From Octopus sinensis (taxonomy: Eukaryota), in assembly GCF_006345805.1 (NCBI RefSeq), contig NC_042999.1:103106001-103170000 (forward strand): 64,000 nucleotides of DNA. Reading direction: 5' to 3'. Position 1 is the stretch's first letter. Each line of letters opens with the position of its first letter. Shown piece by piece: positions 40,252-54,522 of this stretch. A model generated the notes under the pieces. It was not told the DNA's origin, ran no database searches, and was given only the letters and a program-made list of their open reading frames with translations. A program made the translations under genes and the position numbers.

Positions 40252-41728
40252 GTTTATCTATCTATTTAATGTGATTTAAAGAAGAAAGAGCATGACCTCT
40301 TTTAAGGCCTCATTGGCTAGTGAGAGGAAGGATGAAAATTCAGAGGAAGGAGATCTGGCTTCATAATTGCAACATTATAAAAACTGTTAAAGGAATAAAT
40401 GAACCACTTGATGGATTAAGCTAGAATTGGTAGTGAGCAGGATAAACAACCTTCGTGTATTTAAGTAGGTCCCTTTAGAGACTGGATTCAATTCCCGCCA
40501 GAGTCAAATTTATCCTTTATCTTGCTCGATTTTAGCAATGTATGGAAGTACTGGTTTCGATATCAATCGAACTGTTCTTTTTTTTATCCTGAAACATGTC
40601 ACTGAGTACGTATGCATCTATATGAAATCATTATTATTATCATTACTGTCCTTGAGGACGGTGGATTGGGTGAACCATTACAGCATTATAGATAAGCCTT
40701 GAAGTATTTCTACAGGTTCCTTAGCTTCGTAATTCAAATCCCACTGGAGACACCTTTGCATTTCGTTCCTCCGCAGTTGATAAAATAAAAATATCAGTGC
40801 TTAGATTTGACAGCATTGAGTTACTCCACCCCCAAAAAGTTTGCTGGACTTGTGGCTAAATTCGAAACCATTATTACTGTCTTTGAGGATGGTAAATTGG
40901 TAAAATCATCATAGAGTTGAACAAATGGCTTACGGTAATTTTCCAGCTCTTGGCGCCTTGATTTCGGTTCTCACCGAGATCAGCTCTTCCTTTAATTCAT
41001 TTAATGAAAGTGTATGATTGTGGCTAGAAGAGGAACCTCTTGGGTCACGTAGTTGGCATATAGACGAATCATTTTTTTCCGACGTTTCCCGGTGTGTGCT
41101 TTATGCCGCAATACCTCTTTAGGAGCATCGTCTTCCATAGATAGAAAGTCCAGTTACAGCTTATTTGGCAGGGCTTTCAACTAAAACCAAGTACTGAGGA
41201 TGAAGGTATTGGATAATACACCTCACCTGCCAAATTTCAGTCAATGTCTTTAAATTACGGATATTTTGTACGGACATTTAGCGCTGTCAATGATGTTGTT
41301 GTTAAAGTTGTTGTTTTTGCTGCTGCTATTATTGCTGTTTGAATTTATCTAGCCACAAAGTCAACTGTCACATCAGTGTAACGTATTCCACTCCTCTTTG
41401 TTTCCAACTCCTATATCAACACTTCATTGTGACCACGTTGGCAACAACGGAAATAACAAATTACCGATACGATTATTACCATTTTTGGATATAAAATCTA
41501 TCTCCACGGCCGCAACGATGGAATAAGCAACTAAGACTATCTAGGAATGTTAGAAACGGGTACAGGAATGTATGTGAAATTAAGAAACTCGCTTTGCCAT
41601 CACATAGTTTTGATTTTAGCCCCGCATCGTGGTACCTTGGGCAAGTGTCTTCTACTATATCCACAAGTTCACCAATATACATAGTGAGGGAATTTGATCG
41701 ATAGAAACTATGTAGAAGCACGTCGTTT

Positions 41729-41790
<62 letters not shown>

Positions 41791-41889
41791 GACATGCTTT
41801 CACACAGACATGTACACACACATACACGTACACACACACGCACGCGCGGATATAGATATATATTTATGTGTATATATAAAATCAAAAGT

Positions 41890-42125
41890 TCTTCCCAAGC
41901 CTGTGGCACATGAGGCCGGTTCTCCAGATTCAGTTGTTGTATCTTCTACACTTGGACGGATCGCTGGTTCGACGAAAGATTGCTCGTTTTTGCCAGCTGA
42001 CTGGACCGGAGCAACGTGAAATGAAGTGTTTTACACAAGAGCACAACGCATCGCCAAGTCACAAATCAATCAAAATCTCAGTGTTACGATTATGAATGCC
42101 AAACACCTAAGCACTAACCCACTCG
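41890..42125 (-). mobile_element. SINE family C, degenerate
   Basis: Reverse complement of GTTGTGCTCTTG...ACACTTCATTTCACGTTGCTCCGGTCCA.TCAGCTGGCAAAAA. Confidence 0.6.
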
Positions 42126-43541
42126 CCTGTAAGTTGTGTATACATACATAGAAACATACATACATACATACATACATACATACATACATACATACATACA
42201 TACATACATACATACATACATACAAGCATACATACATACATACATACATACTACATACATACATACATACATACATACATACATACATACATACAAACTA
42301 CTACCGCTGTCTGCACTACTCAGGCGAAAATCCTCCAGATAATGTTTGAGTAGTGGTTGCTGGTGAGGGTTTCACGATGTCAACTCCTTTAGTTACATTT
42401 TACGACACAAAGAAGAAACATTTGGACTATTCTTTGACATGCCAGTCCCCACACAGCACGTACATACATACACACATACATACATACATATATACATACA
42501 TACATACGTACATACACACATATACGAATGCACGCATACCTAACACTCACAAACCCACGCACACACGTACATACACCCGCATACACACACACGCACACAT
42601 ACTCACACTCAAACATACACGCACACACGCACACACAACTACATGCACATACGCACATGCGCACACGCACAAACACCCTCCGGCACACCCACTCAAAAAG
42701 CGCACATATACATCCACGCACAACTCCTCGTTCAAACACACAGGCACGCACACTCACACATACACACGCGCGCACACAGAATACACACGCAGGCACTTAC
42801 ACACACACATGTACACACACATACACTTACACGCACACACATATATACACATGCACACAGATGTAAATAAACCTACACATACCTCCCACACACACACAAC
42901 AAACAGCCAGACACACACACACATACACGCGAACACACGCACACATGCGCACACATACACACATACATACGTACGCACACACAGACACAGGCACACACTG
43001 CACACAAAACTCACACTTACACAACATATACATTCACGCACACACACACATACTTAAAGCTACCAGTTAAATACCTTTCTACTGACTATTTTCCTACGCA
43101 CATGTGAAGGGACACACTACGCAAAAGACAGCCACTCCTACTATAAATTCTCACTCACACACACATACAAACAACCAAAACCACACACACACACACACGT
43201 GCTTTTATTACACAAACAAACACAGACCTGCGTGCACGCACATATAGACACATACCTTCTTCTCTCACACTCTCCTGTCTTATAAAAAACTTCTTTTTCA
43301 CCCATTCTCTTCCGGTCATTTCAAAGTGTAACCGCATGTGAATCGTTGGCGATTTTCTACCTCCGTCTGCCCTTCATTTGGACTTTTCTCTATATCTAAA
43401 GAAGAGCTTTGATCGAAATGTTAAATCCCCTTTCTTTTCTTCCCTGAGCGTATGAGAATACATTACTTGTACCACGTCATCGTGTTGTTGATTTTTCCTA
43501 TTTGTTCTTCTTTATTTGGATTCACTACATACATACATACA

Positions 43542-43572
<31 letters not shown>

Positions 43573-43594
43573 GTGTATATATATATATATATTC

Positions 43595-43742
43595 TTTCAT
43601 TCTGTTATTCTTTTACTTGTTTCAATCATTTTGACTGCTGCCACGCTGGGGCACCGCCTTTAGTCAAGCAAATCGACCCCAGGACTTATTCTTTGTGTCT
43701 TAGTACTTATTCTATTGGTCTCTTTTGCCGAACAGGTTATCA
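43595..43742 (-). mobile_element. SINE family B, 3' half
   Basis: TTTTACTTGTTTCAATCATTTTGACTGC.GCCACGCTGGGGCACCGCC. Confidence 0.75.
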
Positions 43743-43822
<80 letters not shown>

Positions 43823-43825
<3 letters not shown>

Positions 43826-44902
43826 AGCGGTGTTCCCCAGGGGACTGTCTTGGGTCCGCTACTCTTCATAATTTACATAAACGACCTTCCAGTGTCGTAC
43901 ATTACTGCCAAGTGAAAACATTTGCTGATGACACTAAGCTCCAGCAAATCGTCAATGAAGAAGCTGACCGAACTCAACTCCAGTCTGATCTATATAATGT
44001 GAGTCAATGGGTAGACAAAAACAAAATGCAACTGAACGAGGGAAAATTTGAGCTGATGCATTTTGGAAGAAATTCCTCACTAAAACAGCCATACTCTCTT
44101 CCTTCAGGGGAACCGCTCACAGCCTCTAACAATATCAGAGACCTGGGTGTAATTGTTGATGACGATCTCAGTTGGAGTGCACACATCAACAAGAAGGTCG
44201 ATATAGCTCGTAGGATGAGTTCCTGGATCTTAAGAACTTTCCGGTCCAGAGAACAAGGTGTCATCATACCACTTTTCTCCTCCTTTGTACGGCCACACCT
44301 CGAATACTGCTGCCCACTGTGGTCTCCCCATACAAGACAAAGCATCTCGAGGATTGAATCACCCCAGAGGGCACTCACTAAACGAATTGAAGGCATGGCT
44401 GCTCTCGATTATTGGGTTCGCCATAAAGCCTTGAAACTCTACTCTCTCCAGCGTCGCCGTGAGCGGTACATCATTTGTACGATGTGGAGAATATACCGCC
44501 AACCTTGCCCAAACGACCTGAACATTAGCTTCAAGGTTCATCCAACACTGAAACCACGGGCCATACGTCCCCTGCCCAATTCAAGATCACAGCATACATG
44601 TACACTGCAACATAATTTCTTTTCCTCAACAGGCCCTGCCCTATTTAACAATGTCCTGAAAGAGATCAAAGAGGAAAAGGATCCCATCAACTTTAAACGG
44701 AGTCTGGATAGATTCCTTCAAAGAATACCAGATAAACCACCCATAATTGGATACAACTCACCCAGCAAAAACTCACTACTTGAATGTACCATAAACAAAA
44801 CTTGACTTAAACAAGATTCGAATAATCCTATCAGGTGGTGCTATTAAGTTAGACATGGCCTGAACCAATCTTTGGTTGAAACATATCTAAGTTTATCTAA
44901 GA
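43823..44902 (+). mobile_element. CR1/L2-group LINE, 5'-truncated (RT C-terminal half plus 3' UTR)
   Basis: [22 protein letters not shown] / KTFADDTK, RDLGV, VRPHLEYCCPLWSP, SLQRRRER, PDKPP; one frameshift near 43890; same 3' UTR as 10937-11382; (TA)n flanks. Confidence 0.9.
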
Positions 44903-44928
44903 TTATATATATATATATATATATATAT

Positions 44929-44967
<39 letters not shown>

Positions 44968-45029
44968 CGACGGGATTCGTTCAGTTTCGTCTACCAAATC
45001 CACTGCTTTATCTATATAAATATATATAT

Positions 45030-46005
45030 CAGTTGAATAAAGTTATAACGTGGTCTGGTTTTTACGTTTTTTATTATTGTATTTAAAAAAACATTTTTTC
45101 AATGTTGAAGTGTGTTAAATATTAAAAAAATATTTTGTAATGTTCATAAAGTTCAATTAGCAATTTCATACGTCATCAGATTTCAAAATGTATTTAATTG
45201 ACAGTTGAGTTCTTGACAACTGCAGTAAAATGACTGACTTCTTTGTTATACCATTTAGAAGACTCCAGCAAGCTGAATTTTTCGAATACGGTTTTGACCA
45301 ATGAGTATGTAGCTTAAACGTCACGGTTTGCCTGGTGCACCGATATTACTGGCATAGATCCCGCCTTTATTTTAACCAATTAGTTTGCGGTTTACATTTA
45401 ATGGTTTTATGAGTGAGCAAACTTTGTTGGTTTCGACCATTTTTTTTTCAAACGGTGGGAGTCTTCTGTAATTTGCTTATATTCATATGTTAAAGATATT
45501 TTTAAATCTACGCCATTGTTATTATTTCCGTTCAGCATGGGTTTGAACATTTTGATAAAGCGTTTTTCTTTTATCTTTCTTCCAACCTCTCTTGTGTCAT
45601 GTAGTTTGTCGAAAGGAAAAATTAGAAACATTTTCTGACCACATGTTTCTATATGTTCGCTCAAAGAAATTTGGCGAACATTAGTGTTTTCGGATTTGTT
45701 GTCTGTGTACTCAGCTACATGCTGATTGGTCAAAACCACATTCGAAAATTTCAGCTTGCTGGAGCCTCCCATAAGGCATAAAAAGGAAGTCAGTCATTTT
45801 ACTACAGTAGTCAAGAACTCAACTGTCAGTTAAATGCATTTTGAAATCTGATGATTACTACGAACGTATGAAATTGCTAATTGAACTTTATGAATATTAC
45901 AAAATATTTTTCTAATGTTTAACACACTTCAACATTGTAAAATCTTCTTAAAAATTACAATAATAAGAAACGTGAAAAGCAGATCATGTTATAACAAAAT
46001 TCAAA
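45030..46005. mobile_element. ~1-kb non-coding element with ~290-bp imperfect terminal inverted repeats
   Basis: 45030-45320 is the reverse complement of 45710-46005 (e.g. TTGACAGTTGAGTTCTTGAC versus GTCAAGAACTCAACTGTCA). Confidence 0.8.
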
Positions 46006-46049
46006 TATTATATTATTCTACACACGTTTTCACAAATTCGAAATATATA

Positions 46050-47281
46050 TATGTATATCCCGTAAATAATGCGGCTTTTTTATAGTTCATTTATTATTAA
46101 ATACAGTTCTTTTTAATCTAAAATATATTATCCATCATTTTCTACAATACTCTTCCATCTATCTGGTAGATTTGCAAGGCCCCTCTTCCAAAATTCACTT
46201 GTCCGCGACGAAAAGTTCTTCTCCACTACTGTTTTGACCTCGTCATCCGAATTCATATTCTTTTCGTCCAAATGAATTTGAAGATTGCGGAATAAATGAT
46301 TATCAGATGGAGCAATATCCGGCGAATATGGTGCGTGGGGCATCGTTTCCCATTCAAACTACTCCAGCCTTTGGAAACCATCTTCGCTGTATGTTGCCAA
46401 GCATTATCCTGATGGAAGAGTACCTTTCGTCTTGAAACCAAAAATGGTCGTTTTAAGCGGCTTAAACTGCTCGCAGTAGATCTTTGTTATCGTTTGGTTT
46501 ATGGCTTAAAAATCCAAAGTGGACTAAACAGTTCATATTCAACCTAACAAATAACAACACTTTACGTGGAAGAAGACCTTCTTTCGGCTGGGATGTCGGT
46601 GTTACTTCTTTCCCTACCCACTGTCTTCGGCGCTTGACATTTTTATAAAGAACCCATTTCTCGTCACCAGTCACTATTCGGTCCAAAAAATGTTCATTAG
46701 TGAGATATGAAAGCAAAGAAGAACACACATTTACTCTCTGCGCGCGATTAGACTGCGAAAGTTTGTGAGAAACACATTGACCCAATTTGCTGAATTTTCC
46801 GATGGCACACACGTATCTGGTTGAATGACCAAAACCAAACTTCTCTGCTGATTTCTCCACAGTTACGATGGGATTTTGCAGGGTTTGCAGGGCGTCCTCG
46901 TCGAGCTCTACAGATCTCCCAGGACGAGGTTCGTCTTCTAGGCTGTAGTTTCCGGCTCAGAATTTCTGGAACCGTCATTGACACTGGTTTACGCTTATTG
47001 TCCGATCCCTATATACTCCTCGCACTATCCGTTGCGTTGTTGCTTTTATTGAACTCATGAAGCAAAATATACCGAATATGTGCCTTTGTAACTTCCATTA
47101 TAGCTTTGAAAAATAACTGTTAAAATCGAACTGCACTATTCAAAACTTGCACTAAGAATGAGGACAGAGCTAAACTACTACCTGCTTTTATAGCAAGTTG
47201 ATGCACGTAGTTTATCCCGTACACCTCCAACTCTTAGTCCATGCAATTGAAAACAAACGCATTATTTATAGGATGACACAA
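46050..47281 (-). mobile_element. Mariner DNA transposon with a decayed transposase
   Basis: Imperfect TIRs sharing TAAATAATGCG; internal DD34D transposase remnants. Confidence 0.9.
46128..47098 (-). pseudogene. Mariner transposase pseudogene
   Basis: MEVTKAHIRYILLHEF..., DRIVTGDEKWVLYKN, FHQDNAWQH, HAPYSPDIAPSDNHLF spread over several frames with stops. Confidence 0.9.
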
Positions 47282-47372
47282 TATATGTGTGCTCTCAGGT
47301 TTTTTGGATAAAGTATTCAGAAATAACCAAATAGGTTTACCATGAAGTTCTTGAAATATTCATGGGCCCCGC

Positions 47373-47413
<41 letters not shown>

Positions 47414-47429
47414 GTTCCGCCTTGGTTGA

Positions 47430-47550
47430 TTTTACCTTTTACCTTTTCGGGGTCGATGAAAAAAGTGTCAGTTGAATATTGAGGCTGATGTTATAGACCT
47501 GTCCCTTTCTCCAAAATTTCAGACCTTGTACCTATTGTAGAAAGGATTAT
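47430..47550 (+). mobile_element. SINE family A, 3' half
   Basis: CTTTTCGGGGTCGATGAAA...AAAATTTCAGACCTTGTACCTATTGTAGAAAGGATT. Confidence 0.7.
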
Positions 47551-48648
47551 TATTACGATTATTAATGCTGTTGTTTTAATGAACAGATATGCTTAATACA
47601 ACTTCGAAGTAGAATCCAATTTAATACGCTTAACTTATTACAAAGGAATTATTTTGTCTTAATTTGCTCACAAAAGTCCTTTACGCGGCCATCTGAAGAC
47701 GGTGGTGGCAGAGAAAATTGTTTGTCGTAGACCGTTTTTAATGTTTTGTAAATAGTGTCTATTTTTAAAAATTTAATATGGCTTTCTTTGGACGAGCATT
47801 AGGAGTTGCATTAGCCATAAATATATATAGTGACAGATTGAACCCAAATATTTGTTTAAAAAAAAATTTCTGTAAAAAAAAAGCCATTAAAAATCCAATC
47901 GGAAAATATGACAAGTATTTTCACTTGAACGTAAGAATTCTCACTTTATCAATTACCATTATCGAAAACATAAGCAATTCAAGGTTCACAAGAATTTTGA
48001 GTCAGAGGGACGTTCATATCACGGGTCAGCATCTAAAAATTTAATGGGAAAAACTTGGGAGAGATATATCACGAGAAAAAGTGAGAAAGGAGGAAATTAA
48101 CATACTTGTGTATTTTGAAGAAGGGAGAGAAATTTCTTATAGGCTTCAAGCATCAATTAGATCAGACCCTGGCCTATGGGTAGCAAAAAGCATATTCCTT
48201 TGATGGAGACAAGCGTGCGTCTGGTTTTGGGATTCAAGATGCGGTGAAAAAACAGACGCACTGAAACGGGTGTAGATGTCTGTTAAATCAACGCGGTGCT
48301 GTGAATGTTTTGTCAACAAAAATATGCAGCTAATATTACAAATATTTGAAAAATGAATATCGAATAAAAAGCAAGAAACCAAAGTATCGAACTCAGTAAT
48401 ATAAATCAAGCAGTTTTCATCTCGATATCACCGTAGAAGTCCTATGTGTTATCTCAGAGTTTATATATCTGCTATAAATGTGAGAGCGTATGTAGCTATG
48501 TGGTTGCGCCAGAAAGGCTCTGACACAGTACGTTCTTGAGAAAAATGAATTTGAATTTCGAAATCTGCATCCCAGAGGTTTTTAAATTTAAAAAATATAA
48601 CTTGCCAGGAGAAGAATCTCAACTTTTAGATCGACAAATCTCCCACTC

Positions 48649-48704
<56 letters not shown>

Positions 48705-49095
48705 TCATTCTTTCTTTCTTTCTCTCTGTCTCTGTCTCTCTCTCTCTCTTTGTAAATGTATTATCTCGTACGCATGCTGTCCATCCCGCCCCACTCCCTC
48801 CTCATGTGCTTTCATTTTGTTTTAATTTTTGTCTTGAAATACTAGCTTCCAATTCTTGTTTTCCGATTGATTAAGATTATCAAACTTTAAACCTCTGTAA
48901 AATTTTCCATCATTTTGCTGCAATAAATGAATCGCAAAATCGGATTTAGCGGGAAAAAGTACATCAATATACCAAATTCGAAAATTTTCAATTAATTTTA
49001 AAATTTCAAAATCTATGATAGCAACAGAAAAGATTTCTGTCTGCCTGTCTCTCTGCCTGTCTGTCTGCCTGTCTGCCTGTCTACCTGCCTGTCTG

Positions 49096-49128
<33 letters not shown>

Positions 49129-50555
49129 TTCTATCTATCTCCCTCTCTTTCATTCTTCGCTTTTGTCATTGTAAAATATTCCCTCTCTATATTTACCACA
49201 CTCTCTCTCACTCTCTCCATATATGTAGCGCTCACGCTGAGTGTGTGTATGTGTGTGTGTGGTTGTGTGTGATCATGCATGTGTAAATAATTTCAAAGGG
49301 GTGACAGAGAGATATAAAAAAGGTATGTAAAAGATAATTTATTTTATGAGCATACTTTTCTGTTAGTAAATGTTTTTCCTACATAAACACACACACGCTC
49401 ACACACACACATACACACACTCAAATATGGACGCACTTGGTGCGGGGTGTTCATTAAAAAATTTAAATTATGAATTTTATTTTTGTTGTATAAATCCCAG
49501 CAATGGACCACGCTTCGGCTAAACAAAAAAGTTATTTCCTCATCATCATTCCATAAAATATGCTTATAGGGAGAAAAATATTGAAAGTTATCATCAATAT
49601 ATTTCAGAGTGACAAGGAAATGGGAAATGCATGAGGTGGTCGTGGGTCAATGCTCGAAACAACAGCTAAATATTCCTCAAGTCACACACATTTTCGTGTG
49701 AAAAGTATTTTGAAATTATATGCAGAGACAAATTGCAGCTTCGGATTGTCCGTTTTAAAAACTATAATTAGCGATAAAAAATTCGAAAAAGTGCCGAAAT
49801 TTTAGGATTTATGGTGGGTTGGGGTTAATAAAAGAAATATATATAAAAATCAGTTTTGTTTTTAAATTGCGTTTAATTTTCTGTTTGACAATAAGAGAAG
49901 TGTCGTTTGGAATAGTGACTGCCAATTTGCTATTTTTTTTTTAACAACAAGGCTTTTCCAGTCGTTTTCAAATGCGTAGTGCAAAAAAAAAAAAAAAAAA
50001 AAAGAGAGAGAGAGAAAGGCCCGAATCGAGACAGGAAGGGGTTAAAAATAAAGTATAAATTTCAATTTTTTTGTTTTTTTACCGAAATGGCGGCTCCTAC
50101 AAATTTTAAATGCATAGTGTCCACCTCACAAAATTGGACAAAATCGGTCAAAAAGGGAGGAAGAGTGATTCATAAATGTTAAAAAATTATTTTCCGCCCC
50201 ATCCCCACTACTATTTGCGAATGTGTGGTGACAAAAATTTAAAAATCACTGTCAAAATGGGAAAATCCAACTTAGGTGGAAGTACTATTCCGAAGGCATT
50301 CAATACATAAATATATATATGCTTCATGGTAAAATGTTAGTAGAGTACAAAGCGTAATATGAAATTAAATAAATTACAAAAGAAAAGGAGAGTAATGCAA
50401 TAAAGTTTATTAGCTTACAACTTTTTCTTGTATCAGATGCAGTGAACTCAGAGCTGAGTGCATGTGCATAACCTTATAGCTTCTTCAGATTTTCGAACAC
50501 AAAGTAACAAGTTTATTTCGGTAAACGTTTATATATATATCTGGAACAGGTCAAT

Positions 50556-50569
50556 CTAAAAAAAATAAA

Positions 50570-50631
<62 letters not shown>

Positions 50632-50723
50632 TGATGATGATGATGATTATAATAATAATAATAATGATGGTGATGATGATGATGATGATAATAATAATAA
50701 TAAATATAATAATAATAATAATG

Positions 50724-50822
<99 letters not shown>

Positions 50823-50825
50823 TAT
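50556..50825. repeat. (AAT)n/(GAT)n microsatellite
   Basis: Read directly. Confidence 0.9.
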
Positions 50826-51242
50826 AGAGTTTGAAGAATAAAATCTATTGCTAGAAATATATAAATTAGATAATATAAAATTAGATAATTTTAGTGTATA
50901 CATAAGTATGCGTGTTGAGAAACACGGACATTTGTGTACAAGTAGACATGTCTATATTTATACTCACACATCTCTATTTCTGTATTAGTATTTAATCTTT
51001 TGCCTGCCAGTTTATGAAATAAAGTATCAATTTCTAGTGGCAGTGGTTTCAAATTAACGCATTACGTGTAACTTCCTGAAGAGTACGTATGTATGTATGT
51101 ATGCATACATGTATGTATACACACAAACACACAAATATATAGTCTTTTCTTTTGTTTCAGTCATTTCACTGCGGCCCTGCAGAAGCAACATATATACATT
51201 TATATATGTATGTATGTACACAAATACATGTATTGTTATATA

Positions 51243-51269
<27 letters not shown>

Positions 51270-51279
<10 letters not shown>

Positions 51280-51445
51280 TAAATATTAGGGAATAAATCC
51301 AAATTTACAGGGAAAAAATCAGATTTAGACAAGAAACGATTGTAGTGGCGGTTTTTTTGACTATTTATTAAAATTTTATGTATTGATTAAGTCTTTCCTT
51401 GTTTGTTTTGCAAAATAGTGGTTTTGTCTCTAATAATATTTTATA
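51270..51445 (+). repeat. Deleted relative of the 19685-20450 element
   Basis: Shares AATAAATATTAGGGAATAAATCCAAA.TTACAGGGAAAAATCAGATTTAG, then jumps to GAAACGATTGTAGTGG...TAGTGGTTTTGTCTCTAAT. Confidence 0.75.
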
Positions 51446-51459
51446 TATATATATATATG

Positions 51460-51700
51460 TTCGTCCTTGGTCGAAAGACACCTGATGTTATGTCCTGTTA
51501 TTTGTATTTGTGTAACATTTCTCTGTTTTTTCTCCGTCCTTGTTTTCGTATACATTCGCTGCTTTCTTCCAAGGAATGTAATGCTGTTAGTTTATTTTTT
51601 ATTTGGGGCTTGCCAGATTGGAGCAATCTCGAGTATAACCAGCCCAAATTGCAAAGATAATCTGGATCACGAATGAGGATAGAAAACTCCGAATGATTTC
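51460..51700 (+). repeat. Second copy of the 7700-7990 dispersed repeat
   Basis: Direct sequence similarity to the reverse complement of 7700-7990. Confidence 0.75.
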
Positions 51701-52718
51701 CACAGAAGGAAATTCTGTGTCGTGGGAATCGATTCTCCTTTCACCCTGTATTTTTGTTCATGATAAACCAATATTTGATGATGTTTAGTAAACAGCAGTC
51801 AAATTTTGAATAATAAAACGCCTAACAAAATACCTTAAAATATCATACACTATTCAGTTATGTCTCTTTATGGCATGGGTTTAAATTGCATTGATATCGA
51901 CATCTCGATATCAACAGCATCCAGCTGTTCAAATTTTAATACAGGTGAGCCATCGATTTGCCGAAACCTTTGATTCCAAATCGATTCTAGATTACCAGTG
52001 GTTATCAACTTGATCGAAACACTATAGATTAAACAAATATTAAATTGGCTAAATAATTAAATGAAATGCAGGTACTTCCCTCCCCATAGTTCCGGGTTCA
52101 GTCCCACTGCGTGGTACCTTAATCGGGTAACGGATACCGATAGTATATACGGATATTTTATCCTTTAGTCGGTTATTATAACCGCTAACTCTGTTTACAC
52201 TATATATCTATATCTATATCTCAAGTATCACTTGAAAAGGAAAGTGAGAGTAGAGAGGCAAGTTTTGTCTAGCGAATGTTTTAAAGAAAGATGGGTGAAT
52301 GTAGCTAGGATGGCACGTATTAATGACGAAGTCACCATGAGCATAATCCTATGAACCCGGAAATTTAAAACAGAGGGTTACCTACTTGTAAAAAAATGTG
52401 GTAACATGAAAGCAATATTGACCGAGGTTAGTGTGGTCTTTTCCGTAGGTTTTTCTTTCCATGATAAACCTTATCTGCTTCCCCCTTTACACCTTACATC
52501 ATGACACTGTGATACACGATCCCTGTTGATAGATTCTTTCCCCCTTTTTCTTCTTTTTTCTCTTTTCTTTTCCTTTTTTTTCTTTTTTTTTACTTCTTTC
52601 CCTTTTACGGTCCCTTTTGATCGAAAACCTACCCCGCCTTTTTTTTCCCCAAAAAGAAAAGCTCTGCTTTGTAATCTGTCCCGTCTGTGTGCAGCCCTGT
52701 GTGGCTAATAAAGAAACA

Positions 52719-52792
<74 letters not shown>

Positions 52793-53661
52793 CGTTTACG
52801 TGCTGGGGCAACACCTTGAACGAATTTAGTTGAACAATTCGAGTCCATCACTTATTTTTTCACAAACATATGCAGGCGCAGGCTGCATATGTTTGTGCAA
52901 TATCTGTTTGTAAGATTGGATCAAATTTCATCTGAAACTGTGAGTTTCATTTCGTTAATATACGTGGTGAAATTTACACACACCGATATTTAAATTCATT
53001 TTGTTCTGCCTTGATCTTTAAGTTTTTTTATAGATAATTCCCCTACATCTTTTTGAGCAGCAGGGAAGGACAAACCAAATAACGGCAAATATTTAATGAA
53101 GTTTGATATAAACTACACAATCCGATCGTTCGTCCTGGCTACTTTAATACCCGTGGTGTAGACACAGTCTATGACAAGGTGTGATGGCAACTCCATTTAA
53201 AATTTTTATTTCAAATAGACTCTGTCTCATCTTAGTAGATATAGGTATCTCAGATATAATCTATTGTCAAATTTTCAAACTTATAGTCGGGTAGTAGTAT
53301 TCGGTAAACACTGTTATTACAAGTTCTTTACTGGTTAGTCACGGTTTCTCTACATTTCTAATTCGGATTCTGGAATGGTAGTATCTGCTACTCGATGAAG
53401 ATCAAATATTTTAAAGCAGTAGGTTTGTTAAGCGCATTTTGCCTTGGTTTATCCATCGATGCTTAAATGCATAGACAAAGACTTATACATATACACTCAT
53501 AAACACACACACACACACGCGCACGCAGACACACACACACTCACAAACACATGCACACATACACATATATGTATATATATATGTACATATATATATGTAT
53601 ATATGCAAACATACATTTACATGTATATATATATGTGCGCATCTATCTATCTATCTATCTA

Positions 53662-53708
<47 letters not shown>

Positions 53709-53819
53709 ATCTATCTATCTATCTATTTATTTATTTATCTATCTAGCTAACTAGCTATCTATCTGTTTGTCTCTCTGTCTAACTACTTATCTATCAATAT
53801 ATATATATATGTATATATA

Positions 53820-53885
<66 letters not shown>

Positions 53886-53886
<1 letters not shown>

Positions 53887-54010
53887 GGCGGCGACCTGCC
53901 AGAATCATTAGCACGCCGGACAAAATGCTTAGCAGCGTTTCGTTTTAAAATGGCGGTGCCCCAGCATGGCCACAGCTCATAAGCTGAAACTAGAATCAAT
54001 CAATCAATCA
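53886..54010 (+). mobile_element. Chimeric SINE: family A head joined to a LINE/family B-type tail
   Basis: GGCGGCGACCTGCCAGAATC...TTTCG followed directly by GGCGGTGCCCCAGCATGGCCACAGC...(ATCA)n. Confidence 0.6.
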
Positions 54011-54091
54011 TACATACCGGAGTTAACACATAAATGTGAAACAAGGTGGAAAAAAGAGTACTCAAATACCAGTGGTAGAGTAATATGCTTG

Positions 54092-54206
54092 ATTTAAAGC
54101 AGCAGAAAATTCAACAAAACCTGTTACTCTGAGTGTCACGTTCCCGCCGAACGGGAACGTGAAACTCAGAGTAATAGGTTTTGTTAAATTTTCTGCTGCT
54201 TTAAAT
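54092..54206. repeat. Fold-back palindrome with ~55-bp arms
   Basis: Arms close on TTCCCG-CCGAA-CGGGAA; contains GAAACTCAGAGTA. Confidence 0.85.
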
Positions 54207-54225
54207 AAACTATATATATATATAT

Positions 54226-54257
<32 letters not shown>

Positions 54258-54480
54258 TATGCATATATATATAGAGAGAGAGAGGGGGAGGAAGCGAATG
54301 AGAGCGGGAGATATAAATGTAGACATAGATTGACAGATGCACATACACGCATATATATAGGTCAAACCATACATAATAAAAAAAATCGCTCTTACTGCAG
54401 CTTAATGCCTATTTATCTAGAAATAGGTATTGCATCAATATCCAATATTTTAAATACAGAAGTATCTCTTCATAGAGAAA

Positions 54481-54522
<42 letters not shown>

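Noticed and set aside
42353-43057. 234-aa His/Thr-rich ORF
   Set aside because: Degenerate (CA)n/(CATA)n microsatellite.
50020-50046. piggyBac-like terminus (GAGACAGGAAGGG-TTAA)
   Set aside because: No matching second terminus or transposase sequence was identified.
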